Virus record (IMG/VR): IMGVR_UViG_3300037258_000413
Coordinates: 1 to 60,616 of that record
DNA from: a virus
Lineage: Duplodnaviria > Caudoviricetes
Direction: 5' to 3' (one strand)
DNA length: 60,616 nucleotides
Part shown: positions 8,471 to 18,054 of the stretch, piece after piece
How the letters are laid out: each line of letters opens with the position of its first letter
Numbering within the stretch: position 1 is the first letter of the stretch
Made by a program: the position numbers and the translations under genes
Notes under the pieces: generated by a model
What the model saw: only the letters and a program-made list of their open reading frames with translations
Databases searched by the model: none
Told to the model about the DNA's origin: nothing

Positions 8471-9069
8471 GCGAGAGAACCGGCTGGATCCGCTTCTCGG
8501 GGAGCCTTGCGGGCCCGCGTTTCGACGCGGCCGAGCTGCTCGTGGCCGACGACAAGATCGCCGAGCTGGTCGAGCTGACCGCGGAGTACACCCTCTCGAC
8601 GGGCGGCGAACTGATCCACTTCCCGCAGCGCGCCGACGTCGACGGCATCTTGACCCACTACGTCCGGGCGCGCCCGTCGACGCCCCTCGGGCGCCAGGAA
8701 CGCGACCAGCTGATCGGGGCCCGCCTGATCCGGCGCTTCGGCCTGGAGCCGCACATCGTCGTGCACCTGGCCGACGGCGTCGTGCTCTGGACCGCAGGAG
8801 TCCGCGCAACGCAGTCGGCGGCTAGCTGGGCAGCTCGCAACGAGGTCTGCCCGGTGGTCTGCGACGTTCGCGGAGTGGTGGGCACGCACGCCGAGAACGA
8901 CCTCGACGAGGTGACGTGCAACGCGTGCCGCGTGCAGGCCGAGGCCACGACCCTCGCGGCGTGGCTCGTGCAGGGATGCGGCGTCGAGTCGCTCCTGGTC
9001 AAGGGCGAGTGGAAGTACCAGCCCGTCGCCCCCATCCGCTCCGCCCTACCCGAGGAGGTGTCGCGGTGA
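8467..9069 (+). CDS. Hypothetical protein
   Basis: GTGA coupling, GGAGG RBS. Confidence 0.65.
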   Translation: MSERTGWIRFSGSLAGPRFDAAELLVADDKIAELVELTAEYTLSTGGELIHFPQRADVDGILTHYVRARPSTPLGRQERDQLIGARLIRRFGLEPHIVVHLADGVVLWTAGVRATQSAASWAARNEVCPVVCDVRGVVGTHAENDLDEVTCNACRVQAEATTLAAWLVQGCGVESLLVKGEWKYQPVAPIRSALPEEVSR

Positions 9070-9410
9070 CGCGCGCCACGGACGCTATCGGCCGCTACCG
9101 GGCCGCGCGGGACTTGAAGCGCGGCGATCACGTGCGCCTCGGTGACGGGCGCTGGGCGCTGGTCCTCGACGCTGCGGTGAGCAAGAAGCTCGGGCACGCC
9201 CAGAACTCGCGGCCCACCGTGTCGGCCGGGCTCCTGGTGGACCTGCGCACCACGGAGGGCCGGGAATGGCCGGCCACGGAGCAGGTGTGGTCGCGCAGTC
9301 CGGCGCAGCAGGTGCAGTACATGGAGACCGTGATCGTCGAGGCGCGCACGGCGGCGCAGCTGGCGCGGATCGCGCAGGACAAGGTGCGCGCGGCCGGGGG
9401 TGCGGCGTGA
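9066..9410 (+). CDS. Hypothetical protein
   Basis: GTGA coupling, GGAGG RBS. Confidence 0.65.
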   Translation: MTRATDAIGRYRAARDLKRGDHVRLGDGRWALVLDAAVSKKLGHAQNSRPTVSAGLLVDLRTTEGREWPATEQVWSRSPAQQVQYMETVIVEARTAAQLARIAQDKVRAAGGAA

Positions 9411-10282
9411 CGCTCATCGATGAGGAGACCGAAGCGCCGGCGGTCCCGGAGGTCGAGATCACCGGGCCCGGCGTGTACGACATGCCCGCGGACCAGTACC
9501 ACCGCAGGCCGGAGCTCAGCTCGTCGGGGATGCGCAAGCTGCTCGCGCCGTCGTGCCCGGCCCTGTTCAAGTGGGACCAGTCGCACGCGCAGCCGCCGAA
9601 GGACGAATTCGACTTCGGGCACGTGGCCCACAAGATCATCCTCGGCGCAGGCGCCGAGATCGAGGTGCTCGACTTCGACTCGTTCCGCACGAACGCGGCC
9701 CGGGACGCGAAGGCGCAGGCCTACGCCGAGGGGAAAGTCCCGATCCTGGAGCGCGACTACGCCAACGCGAAGGCGATGGCGTGGCAGGTCAAGAACCACC
9801 CGATCGCCGGTCCGCTGCTGACGGACGGGCGCGGGGAGCAATCGCTGTTCTGGAACGACCGCGCGACCGGGCAGTCGCTGCGCGCCCGGGTGGACTGGCT
9901 GCGCAACCCGCGCAGCTCGCGGCTGATCGTCGTGGACTACAAGACGACGACCAAGGTCGATCCCCCCTCGCTGGAGAAAGCGATCTACGACTTCGGCTAC
10001 CACCAGCAGGGCGCGACCTACCGCGAGGGATGCATGGTGCTCGAGCTCGGCGACGAGCGCACGGTGGTCAACCTGGTCTTCCAGATGAAGACGGCGCCCT
10101 ACCTGGTGCACGTCGTGCAGCTCACGCCGGGCGACCTGCAGCTCGGGTCGGCCCGGAATCGGGCGGCGATCCGCATCTACCGCGAGTGCATGGCCTCGGG
10201 TCAGTGGCCCGGCTACGACGAGGTGAGCCATATCGAGATCCCCGCTTGGGCTCAGGCCCGCGAGCAGTTGGAGTACCTGTGA
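9407..10282 (+). CDS. RecE/exonuclease VIII-like PD-(D/E)XK nuclease
   Basis: YH...LSSSG, FDFGHVAH, EQSLFW, RARVDWL, VDYKTT, YHQQGATY. Confidence 0.9.
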   Translation: MTLIDEETEAPAVPEVEITGPGVYDMPADQYHRRPELSSSGMRKLLAPSCPALFKWDQSHAQPPKDEFDFGHVAHKIILGAGAEIEVLDFDSFRTNAARDAKAQAYAEGKVPILERDYANAKAMAWQVKNHPIAGPLLTDGRGEQSLFWNDRATGQSLRARVDWLRNPRSSRLIVVDYKTTTKVDPPSLEKAIYDFGYHQQGATYREGCMVLELGDERTVVNLVFQMKTAPYLVHVVQLTPGDLQLGSARNRAAIRIYRECMASGQWPGYDEVSHIEIPAWAQAREQLEYL

Positions 10283-11244
10283 GTCAGCAGATGGAGTTCG
10301 CCCCGGCCGTGGCCGAGGCCGGCCGGGTGGGCCAGGGGACGGTCATCGAGCAGTCCCGCGCCATCGCCGAAGTCCAGGCCCTGGTGGTCATCGCGCGCCA
10401 GTACCCGCGCGACCGCCGGTCTTCCACCGTCCGCATGCTCGACGCGTGCGCGCAGGTGCAGCTCGCGAAGAAAGCGTTCTATGCGTTCCCGCGCGGCGAC
10501 GACACGATCTCGGGCCTGACGATCGACGCGGTCGCCGAGCTTGCCCAGGCGTGGGGAAACATCGACTACGGCCTGACCGAGCTGCGCCGCGACGATATCT
10601 ATGGGCAGTCCGAGATGCAGGCCTTCGCCTGGGACCTGGAAACCAATGTGCGGCACACGAGCAGGTTCATCGTGCAGCACGTGCGTGAGACCAAGCGCGG
10701 CAACTACAAGGTGACGAGCCCGCGTGACATCTACGAGGTCAACGCGAACATGGGCAATCGGCGCATGCGGGCGGCCGTCCTGAAGGTGCTGCCGCGCTGG
10801 TACAAGCTCGAAGCCGAGGAGGCTCTGAAGGCGACCCTGGCCGCGATGGTCAAGGCTGGCGGCAAGTCGCTGGCGCAGCGCATCGAGGACGCTGTCGCGT
10901 GGTTCGGTACGGAGTTCGCCGTCACCCGCGACCAGTTGGAGTACAAGCGGCGCCGACCGAGCGCGCAGTGGGGCGACGAGGACCTGGTGCAGCTTCGGAT
11001 CCTCGGCGACAGCCTGAAGCGCAAGGATCTGGCGCTGGACGAGGCGTTCCCGCAGGCGAAGGTGACGGCCGAGGAGCTCGCGCCGAGCCAGGAGGCGAAC
11101 CCGGGGCCCGTGGCGGACGCTCCGGCCGAGACGCCCCCGGTCGAGCACCTCGACCATCCCGAGGGCGACTGGATGGACGGCTGCCCCGGCTGCGTCGCGG
11201 AGTCGGACGCGGTGGATCAGGGGGCTGACGATGGCGACGCTTGA
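10279..11244 (+). CDS. Probable single-strand annealing recombinase (RecE partner)
   Basis: QSRAIAEVQALVVIARQYPRD...WDLETN motif; coupled to the RecE-like gene. Confidence 0.7.
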   Translation: MSQQMEFAPAVAEAGRVGQGTVIEQSRAIAEVQALVVIARQYPRDRRSSTVRMLDACAQVQLAKKAFYAFPRGDDTISGLTIDAVAELAQAWGNIDYGLTELRRDDIYGQSEMQAFAWDLETNVRHTSRFIVQHVRETKRGNYKVTSPRDIYEVNANMGNRRMRAAVLKVLPRWYKLEAEEALKATLAAMVKAGGKSLAQRIEDAVAWFGTEFAVTRDQLEYKRRRPSAQWGDEDLVQLRILGDSLKRKDLALDEAFPQAKVTAEELAPSQEANPGPVADAPAETPPVEHLDHPEGDWMDGCPGCVAESDAVDQGADDGDA

Positions 11245-11620
11245 CGTCGAGCTGCTGCGGCGCGTGCTCGAGCGCGTCCAGTACTACCCGAACGGGTGGG
11301 ACCCGACCCGGATCGCGCGCCGGGATCCTGTGGACCGCGACGGCTGGCGCTACCTCGTCTTCGGTGTCGAGGGCCACGCCATCGAGTCCGTGCACGACGA
11401 CGCGCTGTGGCATTGGCTGCCCGACCCGGACCGGGACGGCGCCGAGTTCGCGCTGCTGGTGACCGTGGACGGGTCGCGGAAGAAGCCGGGGCGCAACGCG
11501 TCGTTCGTCGCGCGCAAGCTCCTCGGCCTCGACGTGGAGCAGGCCGAGCGGCTGTTCGGTGCGGCCACGATCGAGGAGCTGCGGCTCGTCGTCGACCGGC
11601 TGTGCGCGGGTGCGTCGTGA
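11231..11620 (+). CDS. Hypothetical protein
   Basis: Protein-like composition, operon coupling. Confidence 0.7.
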   Translation: MATLDVELLRRVLERVQYYPNGWDPTRIARRDPVDRDGWRYLVFGVEGHAIESVHDDALWHWLPDPDRDGAEFALLVTVDGSRKKPGRNASFVARKLLGLDVEQAERLFGAATIEELRLVVDRLCAGAS

Positions 11621-11943
11621 GGCGCCTGGCGCCTGCGGCGCTGCCCTCTCGCGACGGCGCCGACCTCGGGTTCGGGAATCTGCGCCTCGCCTGCATGGCC
11701 GCGATGGTGCCGCTGCGGGACGTGGACGGCTGGGCGCTTCCCGGCAGTCAGGTCACGGTCGCGGTCGGGGCCGCGCGCGACGGGGCGAGTCTCGTCGGGG
11801 GCGTGGAAGGGCTCCGCGACGCGTTCGACGGGGGCGCGCTCGCGCTCGGGAGCCGCCTGGTGGCAGGGCGCCCGTTGGACTCGGAGCTGCTGGTGCTCGC
11901 GAGCGTGCTGCGCTCGCCCGTGGCGGACGAGGCGATGCCGTGA
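11617..11943 (+). CDS. Hypothetical protein
   Basis: GTGA overlaps at both ends. Confidence 0.55.
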   Translation: MRRLAPAALPSRDGADLGFGNLRLACMAAMVPLRDVDGWALPGSQVTVAVGAARDGASLVGGVEGLRDAFDGGALALGSRLVAGRPLDSELLVLASVLRSPVADEAMP

Positions 11944-12248
11944 CGCGGGGGCTGGCGCCGGGCCAGCAGTTGAAGCCGTGCGGCACCCCCGCCGCGGCCA
12001 GGAGGCACCTGCGAAACGGCGAGGAGCCGTGTGAATCCTGCCGGGACGCGGAGAACCGACGGCGCCGCAAGAAGTCCCGTCAGCAGATGCTGCAGCCGTG
12101 TGGAACGCCCGCTGCCTACGCCCGTCACCTGAAGGCCAACGAGGCTGCGTGCGTGCCGTGCCTGCGGGCGCATGCGCGTCGCATTCGCGAGTTCCAGGCG
12201 GCTGCGCGGGCGCGGCGTAAGGCCGAACGAGCCGAGGCGGTGTCCTGA
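11940..12248 (+). CDS. Basic protein with two PCGTPAA..RH....E..C..C Zn-finger repeats
   Basis: Duplicated motif visible in the translation. Confidence 0.75.
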   Translation: MTRGLAPGQQLKPCGTPAAARRHLRNGEEPCESCRDAENRRRRKKSRQQMLQPCGTPAAYARHLKANEAACVPCLRAHARRIREFQAAARARRKAERAEAVS

Positions 12249-12393
12249 TGCTGCGTCCGTCGGTGCTGGATCTGGTCGTCGAGCTCGGTGGCCCCGCGGT
12301 CGCGCTGGCACTGCTCACGTGGTCGTGGCTGCGCCCCCATCCGCCCCATCCCCGGCGCCGGGACGACGAACGGTCCTGACGCCCCTTTGAACT

Positions 12394-12429
12394 GCTCGCC
12401 GCGCCCGACCCCCTCCGGGCGCGGCGAGC
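12394..12429 (+). terminator. Strong intergenic hairpin
   Basis: gctcgccgcgcccg / cgggcgcggcgagc 14-bp stem. Confidence 0.55.
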
Positions 12430-12460
12430 GCTACCCGAATCTTCATATCAGGAGCCTTGC

Positions 12461-13195
12461 ATGACCGACCTTTACGAGAGCAACGACGACCTTTACGACG
12501 AGGACCGGCGCGCGCAGGACGCCGTGGAAGACGCGAAGTACGACTTCCCGCCGAAGGAGGAGCCGGACGACTGGCAGCAGGGCGAGCCGACGCACTACCA
12601 GCACGCCGAGGAGCTGCTGGCCGAGGCCGCCGATCTGCACGGGCGCGGCGATGACGAGTGCTACGCCCTCGATGCTGCCGCCGCACGCGCGACGCTCGCC
12701 GTGGCCGACCAGCTCGCCAAGGTTGTGTCGCTGCTCAAGCGCGAACGCAGCCCCGAGCCGCTCGCCGAGCACGACGTCGCCGACCGGGCGTGGCTCGACT
12801 CGAACCCGTTCGCTGCCGCTGTCGGTGTGGGTTCGGTCTCGCCGACCGATCCGGCCGCGCTCGGCGAGTGGCTGCGCGGGCTGCCCGACGGCACGATCTT
12901 CCGGGGCGCGAAGGGCCTCGGCTGGCAGCTCAACGTGGTCGCCGTCACGAGCTTCCTGGTGGCCCCGTACACGTTCCGGGCGTTGACGTCGACTGCGGGC
13001 GAGGAGTTCCGCATCGACATCGACGTCGACCTCCCCGCGCTCGCCTTCGGCGCCCCGTTCACGGTGCTCGCCCTGGGAGCCCCGCAGGATCAGTCCGACG
13101 AGCCGCCTCGCCACCAGCGCACTACACAGGTCGCCGCCGTGGGCACGCTCCTCGAAACCCTCGCGCGGCCGGACGGAGGCGACCGTGATGCCTGA
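12461..13195 (+). CDS. Hypothetical acidic protein
   Basis: AGGAG RBS. Confidence 0.7.
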   Translation: MTDLYESNDDLYDEDRRAQDAVEDAKYDFPPKEEPDDWQQGEPTHYQHAEELLAEAADLHGRGDDECYALDAAAARATLAVADQLAKVVSLLKRERSPEPLAEHDVADRAWLDSNPFAAAVGVGSVSPTDPAALGEWLRGLPDGTIFRGAKGLGWQLNVVAVTSFLVAPYTFRALTSTAGEEFRIDIDVDLPALAFGAPFTVLALGAPQDQSDEPPRHQRTTQVAAVGTLLETLARPDGGDRDA

Positions 13196-13511
13196 CTCGC
13201 CGAGGCTGCTGCGCCGCGTACCGGGCTACCCATCCAGGCTGGGACCCAAGGCGCTGGCCACCCGAAGTGCGCTGATCAGCGCACTGGAGGAAGAACTGCG
13301 ATACACGGCCTGGCGCGAGATCTTGGTCGGCGATCTCGCCCGGAAGGCTGGCTGTTCTTCGGCGACGTTCTACCAGTACTTCCCGGACGTGTGCGCGGTG
13401 TTCCGCGCGCTGCTCGAGCGACTCGAGGAGGAGGGGCGCAAGCCGAGCGCCCACGTGCAGCTGATCGCGTATCTCGTGGACTACGAGCGGCAGGAGCTGG
13501 GCCGTGGCTGA
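13188..13511 (+). CDS. Short TetR-type HTH protein
   Basis: ILVGDLARKAGCSSATFYQYFPD TetR N-terminal signature; no full ligand-binding domain. Confidence 0.8.
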   Translation: MPDSPRLLRRVPGYPSRLGPKALATRSALISALEEELRYTAWREILVGDLARKAGCSSATFYQYFPDVCAVFRALLERLEEEGRKPSAHVQLIAYLVDYERQELGRG

Positions 13512-13773
13512 GGCGCCTGCGGACATCGTGCGGCGCGCCGTCGAGGGGGTCCTCGCCGACTTCGGCGATCCGTTCGCCACCACGCTCGCCGAGCTGCTCG
13601 GGCACATCGCCACCGACATGGCAGGCGCCGAGGCCTTCGAGTGCAAGGCGATGGGCGCGGTATCCAGCGAGTCCGACGGATACCGCGCCGACTGGACGGC
13701 GGCGCTGAAGCTAGCCCGCTTCTACGGAGGCGCCCCGGTCGAGGGCGCCTCTCCTCCGGGCTCGACCCCTTGA
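13504..13773 (+). CDS. Hypothetical protein
   Basis: AGGAG RBS; followed by a hairpin at about 13780-13812. Confidence 0.65.
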   Translation: MAEAPADIVRRAVEGVLADFGDPFATTLAELLGHIATDMAGAEAFECKAMGAVSSESDGYRADWTAALKLARFYGGAPVEGASPPGSTP

Positions 13774-13859
13774 GCTGGTCGCCCCGCCGGCGCCGCACTC
13801 GCCGGCGGGGCGGCCGAACCACCTGTACCCGCTTACGTCACAGATTGGAGGTCGCCGTG

Positions 13860-14114
13860 TCAGTCGGTGTTTTGTGCGGCGATCGCGATCGCTTCGAGGA
13901 CGGCCTTGGCGTTGGCCTCGACCCATTCGGCGAGCCATGCGGGGACGATCGCGGCGGTGCGCTCGTCACGGTTGGTGACGTAGACGATGGGAAGTTCGCC
14001 CAGGTCGCGGCGCGCTTCGCGGGCGGCCCGGGTGATGCGACCGAAGCGCTTGTAGACGTCGCCGGTTGCGAGTTCGTCCTTGGTCACTTTGATTTCCTCG
14101 GGTTCCTTGGTCAT
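13860..14114 (-). CDS. Phd/YefM-like DNA-binding protein, probably leaderless
   Basis: KRFGRITRAA...GELPIVYVTNRDERTAAIVP; TAAACT -10 immediately upstream of ATG. Confidence 0.6.
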   Translation of the reverse strand: MTKEPEEIKVTKDELATGDVYKRFGRITRAAREARRDLGELPIVYVTNRDERTAAIVPAWLAEWVEANAKAVLEAIAIAAQNTD

Positions 14115-14248
14115 GGCGGGAGTTTAGCGGGATCTCCTTGGCATCCTAGCTTGTCACGTGGTCCTTGTCTTGCTTGATCTGTACTTCTAGAACTTCAAGA
14201 ACTTGGATAAGATAGTCCCAACCATTCCCGATGACGAAGAGGAGCGAG

Positions 14249-15265
14249 ATGAGACTTGAGGAGCGCGCCGACGCCGACGGCAACGCGCCCCCCGCCGGCT
14301 TCGCGCTGTTCCGCGTCGGCGCCGAATGGCGGGCGTGCGGCTGCGGGAGCGCCGACGAGATGCGCGCGATCGTGGCCCTCCTGGATCAGCTCGCCGGACG
14401 CCCCGACGGCCAGCGGGTCGCACCTGAACCCGACACGCGCGCGCTCGCCGAGCGCTTGGCCGACATGACCGACCGCGACGACAGACCGGTGATGTGGAAC
14501 ATGGGCTACAAGCTGCGCCGCGAACTCCGGGAAGCCCTCGGTTCAGAGATCACCGGGCTGCAGCGGCTCGTCGCCCTGGAGATCGCGGACGACGCCAACG
14601 ACATCACCCGCATGAGTAGGGCCACCCTCGACGATCTGGTGCGCTGGACCGGCGCCAAGGACGGGAAGGTCGTGCGCACGATCCTCAAGCGGCTCGCCGA
14701 GGCGGGATGGGAGTTCCGGGTCCCGATCGACAAAGGGAAAGACGGTCGCACGCTGTATGCGATCCCGGGCAGGGCGTTGACGTTCCGGGTCCCCGAGTGG
14801 CCGGAAGGGGTAACCCCGGTTACCCCTTCGGCCGAGCAAGGGGTAACCGGGGTGGCTTCCGAAGCTACCGGGGTAGCCACCGAAGCTACCCCGGTAGCTT
14901 CCGAGACCACGGGGGTTACCCCCCTCTCCTCATCCCCTCAGAACCCCTCCTCTCTCTCTGGCCCGGCGCGCATCCTTCGCGCGGCCGCCGTCGTGGCCGA
15001 GCTGGAGGAGAGAGAACTCCTCGACTGGATCGCTAAGGCCTACAAGCCGCGCGGCATCGGCTGGTGGCGCACCGTCGCCCGCAACGGCGACCTCGCCGCC
15101 ATCGCCGACCAATGGCGCCGCGCCCCCACCGGGCCCGATCCAGACGCCCCCCACACCATCACGGCGCCCCCGCCACCCGAGTGCGTCGAGTGTCGCGTCG
15201 CAATCAAGGGACCGCTAGCTGCCGACGGTCTCTGCATCGAATGCCGAACGGAAGTGGACGCATGA
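14249..15265 (+). CDS. Replication initiator-like protein (alternative start at 14501)
   Basis: GLQRLVALEIADDAND...ATLDDLVRWTG wHTH-like segment, internal iteron repeats, C-terminal CxxC/CxxC. Confidence 0.7.
   Translation: MRLEERADADGNAPPAGFALFRVGAEWRACGCGSADEMRAIVALLDQLAGRPDGQRVAPEPDTRALAERLADMTDRDDRPVMWNMGYKLRRELREALGSEITGLQRLVALEIADDANDITRMSRATLDDLVRWTGAKDGKVVRTILKRLAEAGWEFRVPIDKGKDGRTLYAIPGRALTFRVPEWPEGVTPVTPSAEQGVTGVASEATGVATEATPVASETTGVTPLSSSPQNPSSLSGPARILRAAAVVAELEERELLDWIAKAYKPRGIGWWRTVARNGDLAAIADQWRRAPTGPDPDAPHTITAPPPPECVECRVAIKGPLAADGLCIECRTEVDA
14804..14923. repeat. Iteron-like palindromic repeats with ~21-bp period (putative ori)
   Basis: gaaggggtaacc-cc-ggttaccccttc followed by four related units such as gaagctaccggggtagc. 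Confidence 0.7.
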
Positions 15266-15567
15266 CCCTCCCTGCCCGTGACCCGATGCGCGAGGCCGGC
15301 CGTCGCTGGTGCCCGCGCTGCCGGACCGAGGCCTTTCCCCGCGACGCCATGTGGCTCGGCGAGGACCTGATACTCGCGACCTACGAGCCCCTGTGCGAGC
15401 ACCAGGGCGAGACCACGCAGCTCGTGGTGCCCTCCGAACTCACGGTCGCCGGGGATCGCTGCCGGGGCTACACGGTGGTGGGCACCTGGTGCCGCAACCG
15501 GCCGCGCCGCGACAGCCAGTACTGCGCCGCCCACGAGCACCAGGACGCCGACCGGGGCGCGCGATGA
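15262..15567 (+). CDS. Cys-rich hypothetical protein
   Basis: CPRC; CRGYT...WCRNR...YCAAH. Confidence 0.7.
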   Translation: MTLPARDPMREAGRRWCPRCRTEAFPRDAMWLGEDLILATYEPLCEHQGETTQLVVPSELTVAGDRCRGYTVVGTWCRNRPRRDSQYCAAHEHQDADRGAR

Positions 15568-15806
15568 CCAAGGCCGACCCCCGCGCCGTCCGGCTCTTCC
15601 TCGGCTACCTGCTGGCCTGCTACGCGATCGTCGCGTCCGCCATCGCCACGATCGCCGCGCTGCTCACAACCAGCTTGATCACCGTCGAGGGCGTGACGCC
15701 CCTCGAGGAGTTCGTGGCTATCGCCGGGGTCTTCTTCATCGCGGCCTCAGTGCTCGGCGCGCGGATCTTCCGCGCGCTTGAGGACCGAAGCGGGGGCGCC
15801 CGGTGA
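15564..15806 (+). CDS. Two-TM membrane protein
   Basis: Hydrophobic; GVTPLE motif shared with the 16484 gene. Confidence 0.65.
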   Translation: MTKADPRAVRLFLGYLLACYAIVASAIATIAALLTTSLITVEGVTPLEEFVAIAGVFFIAASVLGARIFRALEDRSGGAR

Positions 15807-16015
15807 CCGACCCTCCCCGTTGCCGCCGCTGCAGGCGCCCGCTGCGGACCGACGCGACCGACCGCGGAGGCCTCGGCCTCGGCTGCTGGCGGATCGTGCG
15901 CCGACGGCGGCGTCGACTCGCCCGGCAGGGATTCCCCGGCATTCGGGCGTACCGAGCCTACGGACATGTACCGGGACAAACCGTGATACCCATCGACGAC
16001 AGGACTAGACCATGA
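15803..16015 (+). CDS. Small Zn-ribbon protein (DUF6011-like)
   Basis: RCRRCRRPLRT....GLGLGCWR. Confidence 0.65.
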   Translation: MTDPPRCRRCRRPLRTDATDRGGLGLGCWRIVRRRRRRLARQGFPGIRAYRAYGHVPGQTVIPIDDRTRP

Positions 16016-16359
16016 ACGCCGCACGGCTGATCCGGATCAACGAGCTCGCCAAGGGCGACCCGCTGATCATCGGACAGGAACTCGTCAAGGTCATCGAGGA
16101 GCAGGAAGTCGAGCTGGCCCGGCTGCGCGCCGAGGCCGAACAGGCCGACGCCCCCGAAGAGTCCGAGCCCATCACCGACATCGTCCAGCTCATCGTGCCC
16201 GTGGGCCCCCTCTGGGACAGGATCAAGGGCTACCTGCGCCGAGACGGCTGGGCCGCAGCCGGCCCGATCCCGCTCGCCGAGGACCCCGTTCCGACCTACG
16301 TGCTCCAGCCGGTCGAGGCCGCGCCGGCCGCCGACGAGCGCCGGACGGTCGCCTCGTGA
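16012..16359 (+). CDS. Hypothetical protein
   Basis: ATGA coupling, AGGA RBS. Confidence 0.65.
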   Translation: MNAARLIRINELAKGDPLIIGQELVKVIEEQEVELARLRAEAEQADAPEESEPITDIVQLIVPVGPLWDRIKGYLRRDGWAAAGPIPLAEDPVPTYVLQPVEAAPAADERRTVAS

Positions 16360-16483
16360 ACCGGCGCCTGAAGTGGCTGATCGCCCCCCTCGCCGTCGCC
16401 CTGGCCGCCATCGCCACGTTCTTCGCCGACTGCGGCGACCAGGACTGCGCCTACTGCCGCCACCCGACCGAGAAGGACCCCCG

Positions 16484-16717
16484 ATGAGCCCCGGGGACCG
16501 CCTCCTGAACTGGGTCCTGGCGTGCTGCTCGATCGTCGCGGGCACCGTCGCCACCATCGCCGCGCAGCTCGTGGCCGACTTCTCCACCATCTCGGGGCTC
16601 ACCCCCCTCGAAGTGTTCTGGGCGACGCTCGCGCTCCTCACCGTGGCGTTCGGGCTCGCCGCCGGTGCGATGCTCGCCCACCTCGAAAGCCTTCTCGACG
16701 ACAGGAATGACCGATGA
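16484..16717 (+). CDS. Two-TM membrane protein, likely paralog of the 15564 gene
   Basis: CCSIVAGTVATIAA...TISGLTPLEVF versus CYAIVASAIATIAA...TVEGVTPLEEF. Confidence 0.65.
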   Translation: MSPGDRLLNWVLACCSIVAGTVATIAAQLVADFSTISGLTPLEVFWATLALLTVAFGLAAGAMLAHLESLLDDRNDR

Positions 16718-17703
16718 CCGAGACGATCACCGCGCCCCCCGCGCGCCGGGCGCTGACCGCCGAGCAGCTCGCGACCGAAGCGATAGCCCGCTTCGGCGAG
16801 GACCCCCGCAACTGGGCGTTCCGCTGCCCCACCTGCGGCGACATCGCCACCGGGAAGGACTTCCCGCCCGGGCAGCGCTCCCGCGTCGCCGCGGAGTGCG
16901 TCGGCCTGCACGTCGAGGGCCGCGGCTGCCAGCGCACCGCGGCCGCCGGGATCATCCCCGGGCCGTGGCTCATCGAGCTCGAGGACGGCACCGTGCTGCC
17001 CTCCTTCCCGCTCGCCGACGCGCCGCCACAGACGCCCCAGAAGGCCGTGCACGACTCGCCGGGCACACCCGGACCGGAGCGCGCCGAAAGACCGCCAGCG
17101 CCCCCCACGGTGCCCGCATGCACCCTCCGGCTCGAACGCGGCGCACCCCCCATGCGCATCAGCCGCCCCGACGGAGAATTCGTGCTCGATCTCGACCGCT
17201 GGACCTACCGCGTCGCCCTCACCCCCGACCACTCCATCCTCGGCTACCGCGACATCGACGACGCACGCCTCTGCACGATCTTCGCCGACCCGACGACCGC
17301 CCTGTTCGGCGCATTCCTGCCCCTCGACGAGCAGCTCCCCGCGGTGCTCAAGCACATCGCCGAGTACGGCCTGCCGATCACCGGCGCCGAGATCGCCGCG
17401 GCGCGCTTCCTGATCGTCGAGGCCTGCGTCCAGGACACCGCGGCGCCCTCGGCGCCGTCGATGCCCACCCCGTCGGCCGAGTACCTCACGGGCCCCCAAG
17501 GCAAGTACTGGACCGCCGAGGACGGCTGGGCCGAGGACCACGTCTACGGCTGCAGCTGCCACCTGTCCGCGCCGTGCGTGCGATGCGAGTCCCTCGACGT
17601 CTGCGAGCACTGCGAGACCGAGGTCCTCGTCCCGGCCGCGGACATGTGCGCGCACCTCGACACCGTCCACCCCGAGGTCGAGCACCACGCCGAGGAGGCG
17701 TGA
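16714..17703 (+). CDS. Multidomain protein with N-terminal VVA0879-like domain
   Basis: EAIARFGEDPRNWAFRCPTCG; C-terminal Cys cluster. Confidence 0.7.
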   Translation: MTETITAPPARRALTAEQLATEAIARFGEDPRNWAFRCPTCGDIATGKDFPPGQRSRVAAECVGLHVEGRGCQRTAAAGIIPGPWLIELEDGTVLPSFPLADAPPQTPQKAVHDSPGTPGPERAERPPAPPTVPACTLRLERGAPPMRISRPDGEFVLDLDRWTYRVALTPDHSILGYRDIDDARLCTIFADPTTALFGAFLPLDEQLPAVLKHIAEYGLPITGAEIAAARFLIVEACVQDTAAPSAPSMPTPSAEYLTGPQGKYWTAEDGWAEDHVYGCSCHLSAPCVRCESLDVCEHCETEVLVPAADMCAHLDTVHPEVEHHAEEA

Positions 17704-18053
17704 TGGACGCGAACGTCAACCCCCACGAAATGGTCGCCCGCACCGGCGCCCTGCGCACCGGCCGCAACCCGGGCGCCGAGAAGACCAAAGCGGTGTCGAT
17801 GATCCGCCGCTTCGCCCCCGACCCCGAAGCCGCGCTCATCGCGCTCGCCGCGTGCGGGCTGACCGACCCCTACCAGCCGCTCCCTGGCATCCCCGACGCG
17901 GGGCTGTCCGTCGTGCGCCAGGCCGGACAGGCCACGCACGGCTGCCGCGCGGGCGTCGCCTGGCACCGGGCACAGCGCACGTCGCTGTGCGGGCCGTGCA
18001 GGAAATGGGAGTCCGCCACGCAGCGCATCCGCGCCATGAAGGAAGGGGACTGA
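17703..18053 (+). CDS. Hypothetical protein with C-terminal Zn finger
   Basis: HGCRAGVAWH....LCGPC. Confidence 0.65.
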   Translation: MDANVNPHEMVARTGALRTGRNPGAEKTKAVSMIRRFAPDPEAALIALAACGLTDPYQPLPGIPDAGLSVVRQAGQATHGCRAGVAWHRAQRTSLCGPCRKWESATQRIRAMKEGD

Positions 18054-18054
18054 G

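Noticed and set aside
9266-9406. ORF-track upstream starts for many genes (e.g. 9266, 9553, 25643, 34834, 53303, 58862)
   Set aside because: The extensions overlap upstream genes; starts were moved to coupled ATGA/GTGA or RBS-supported codons.
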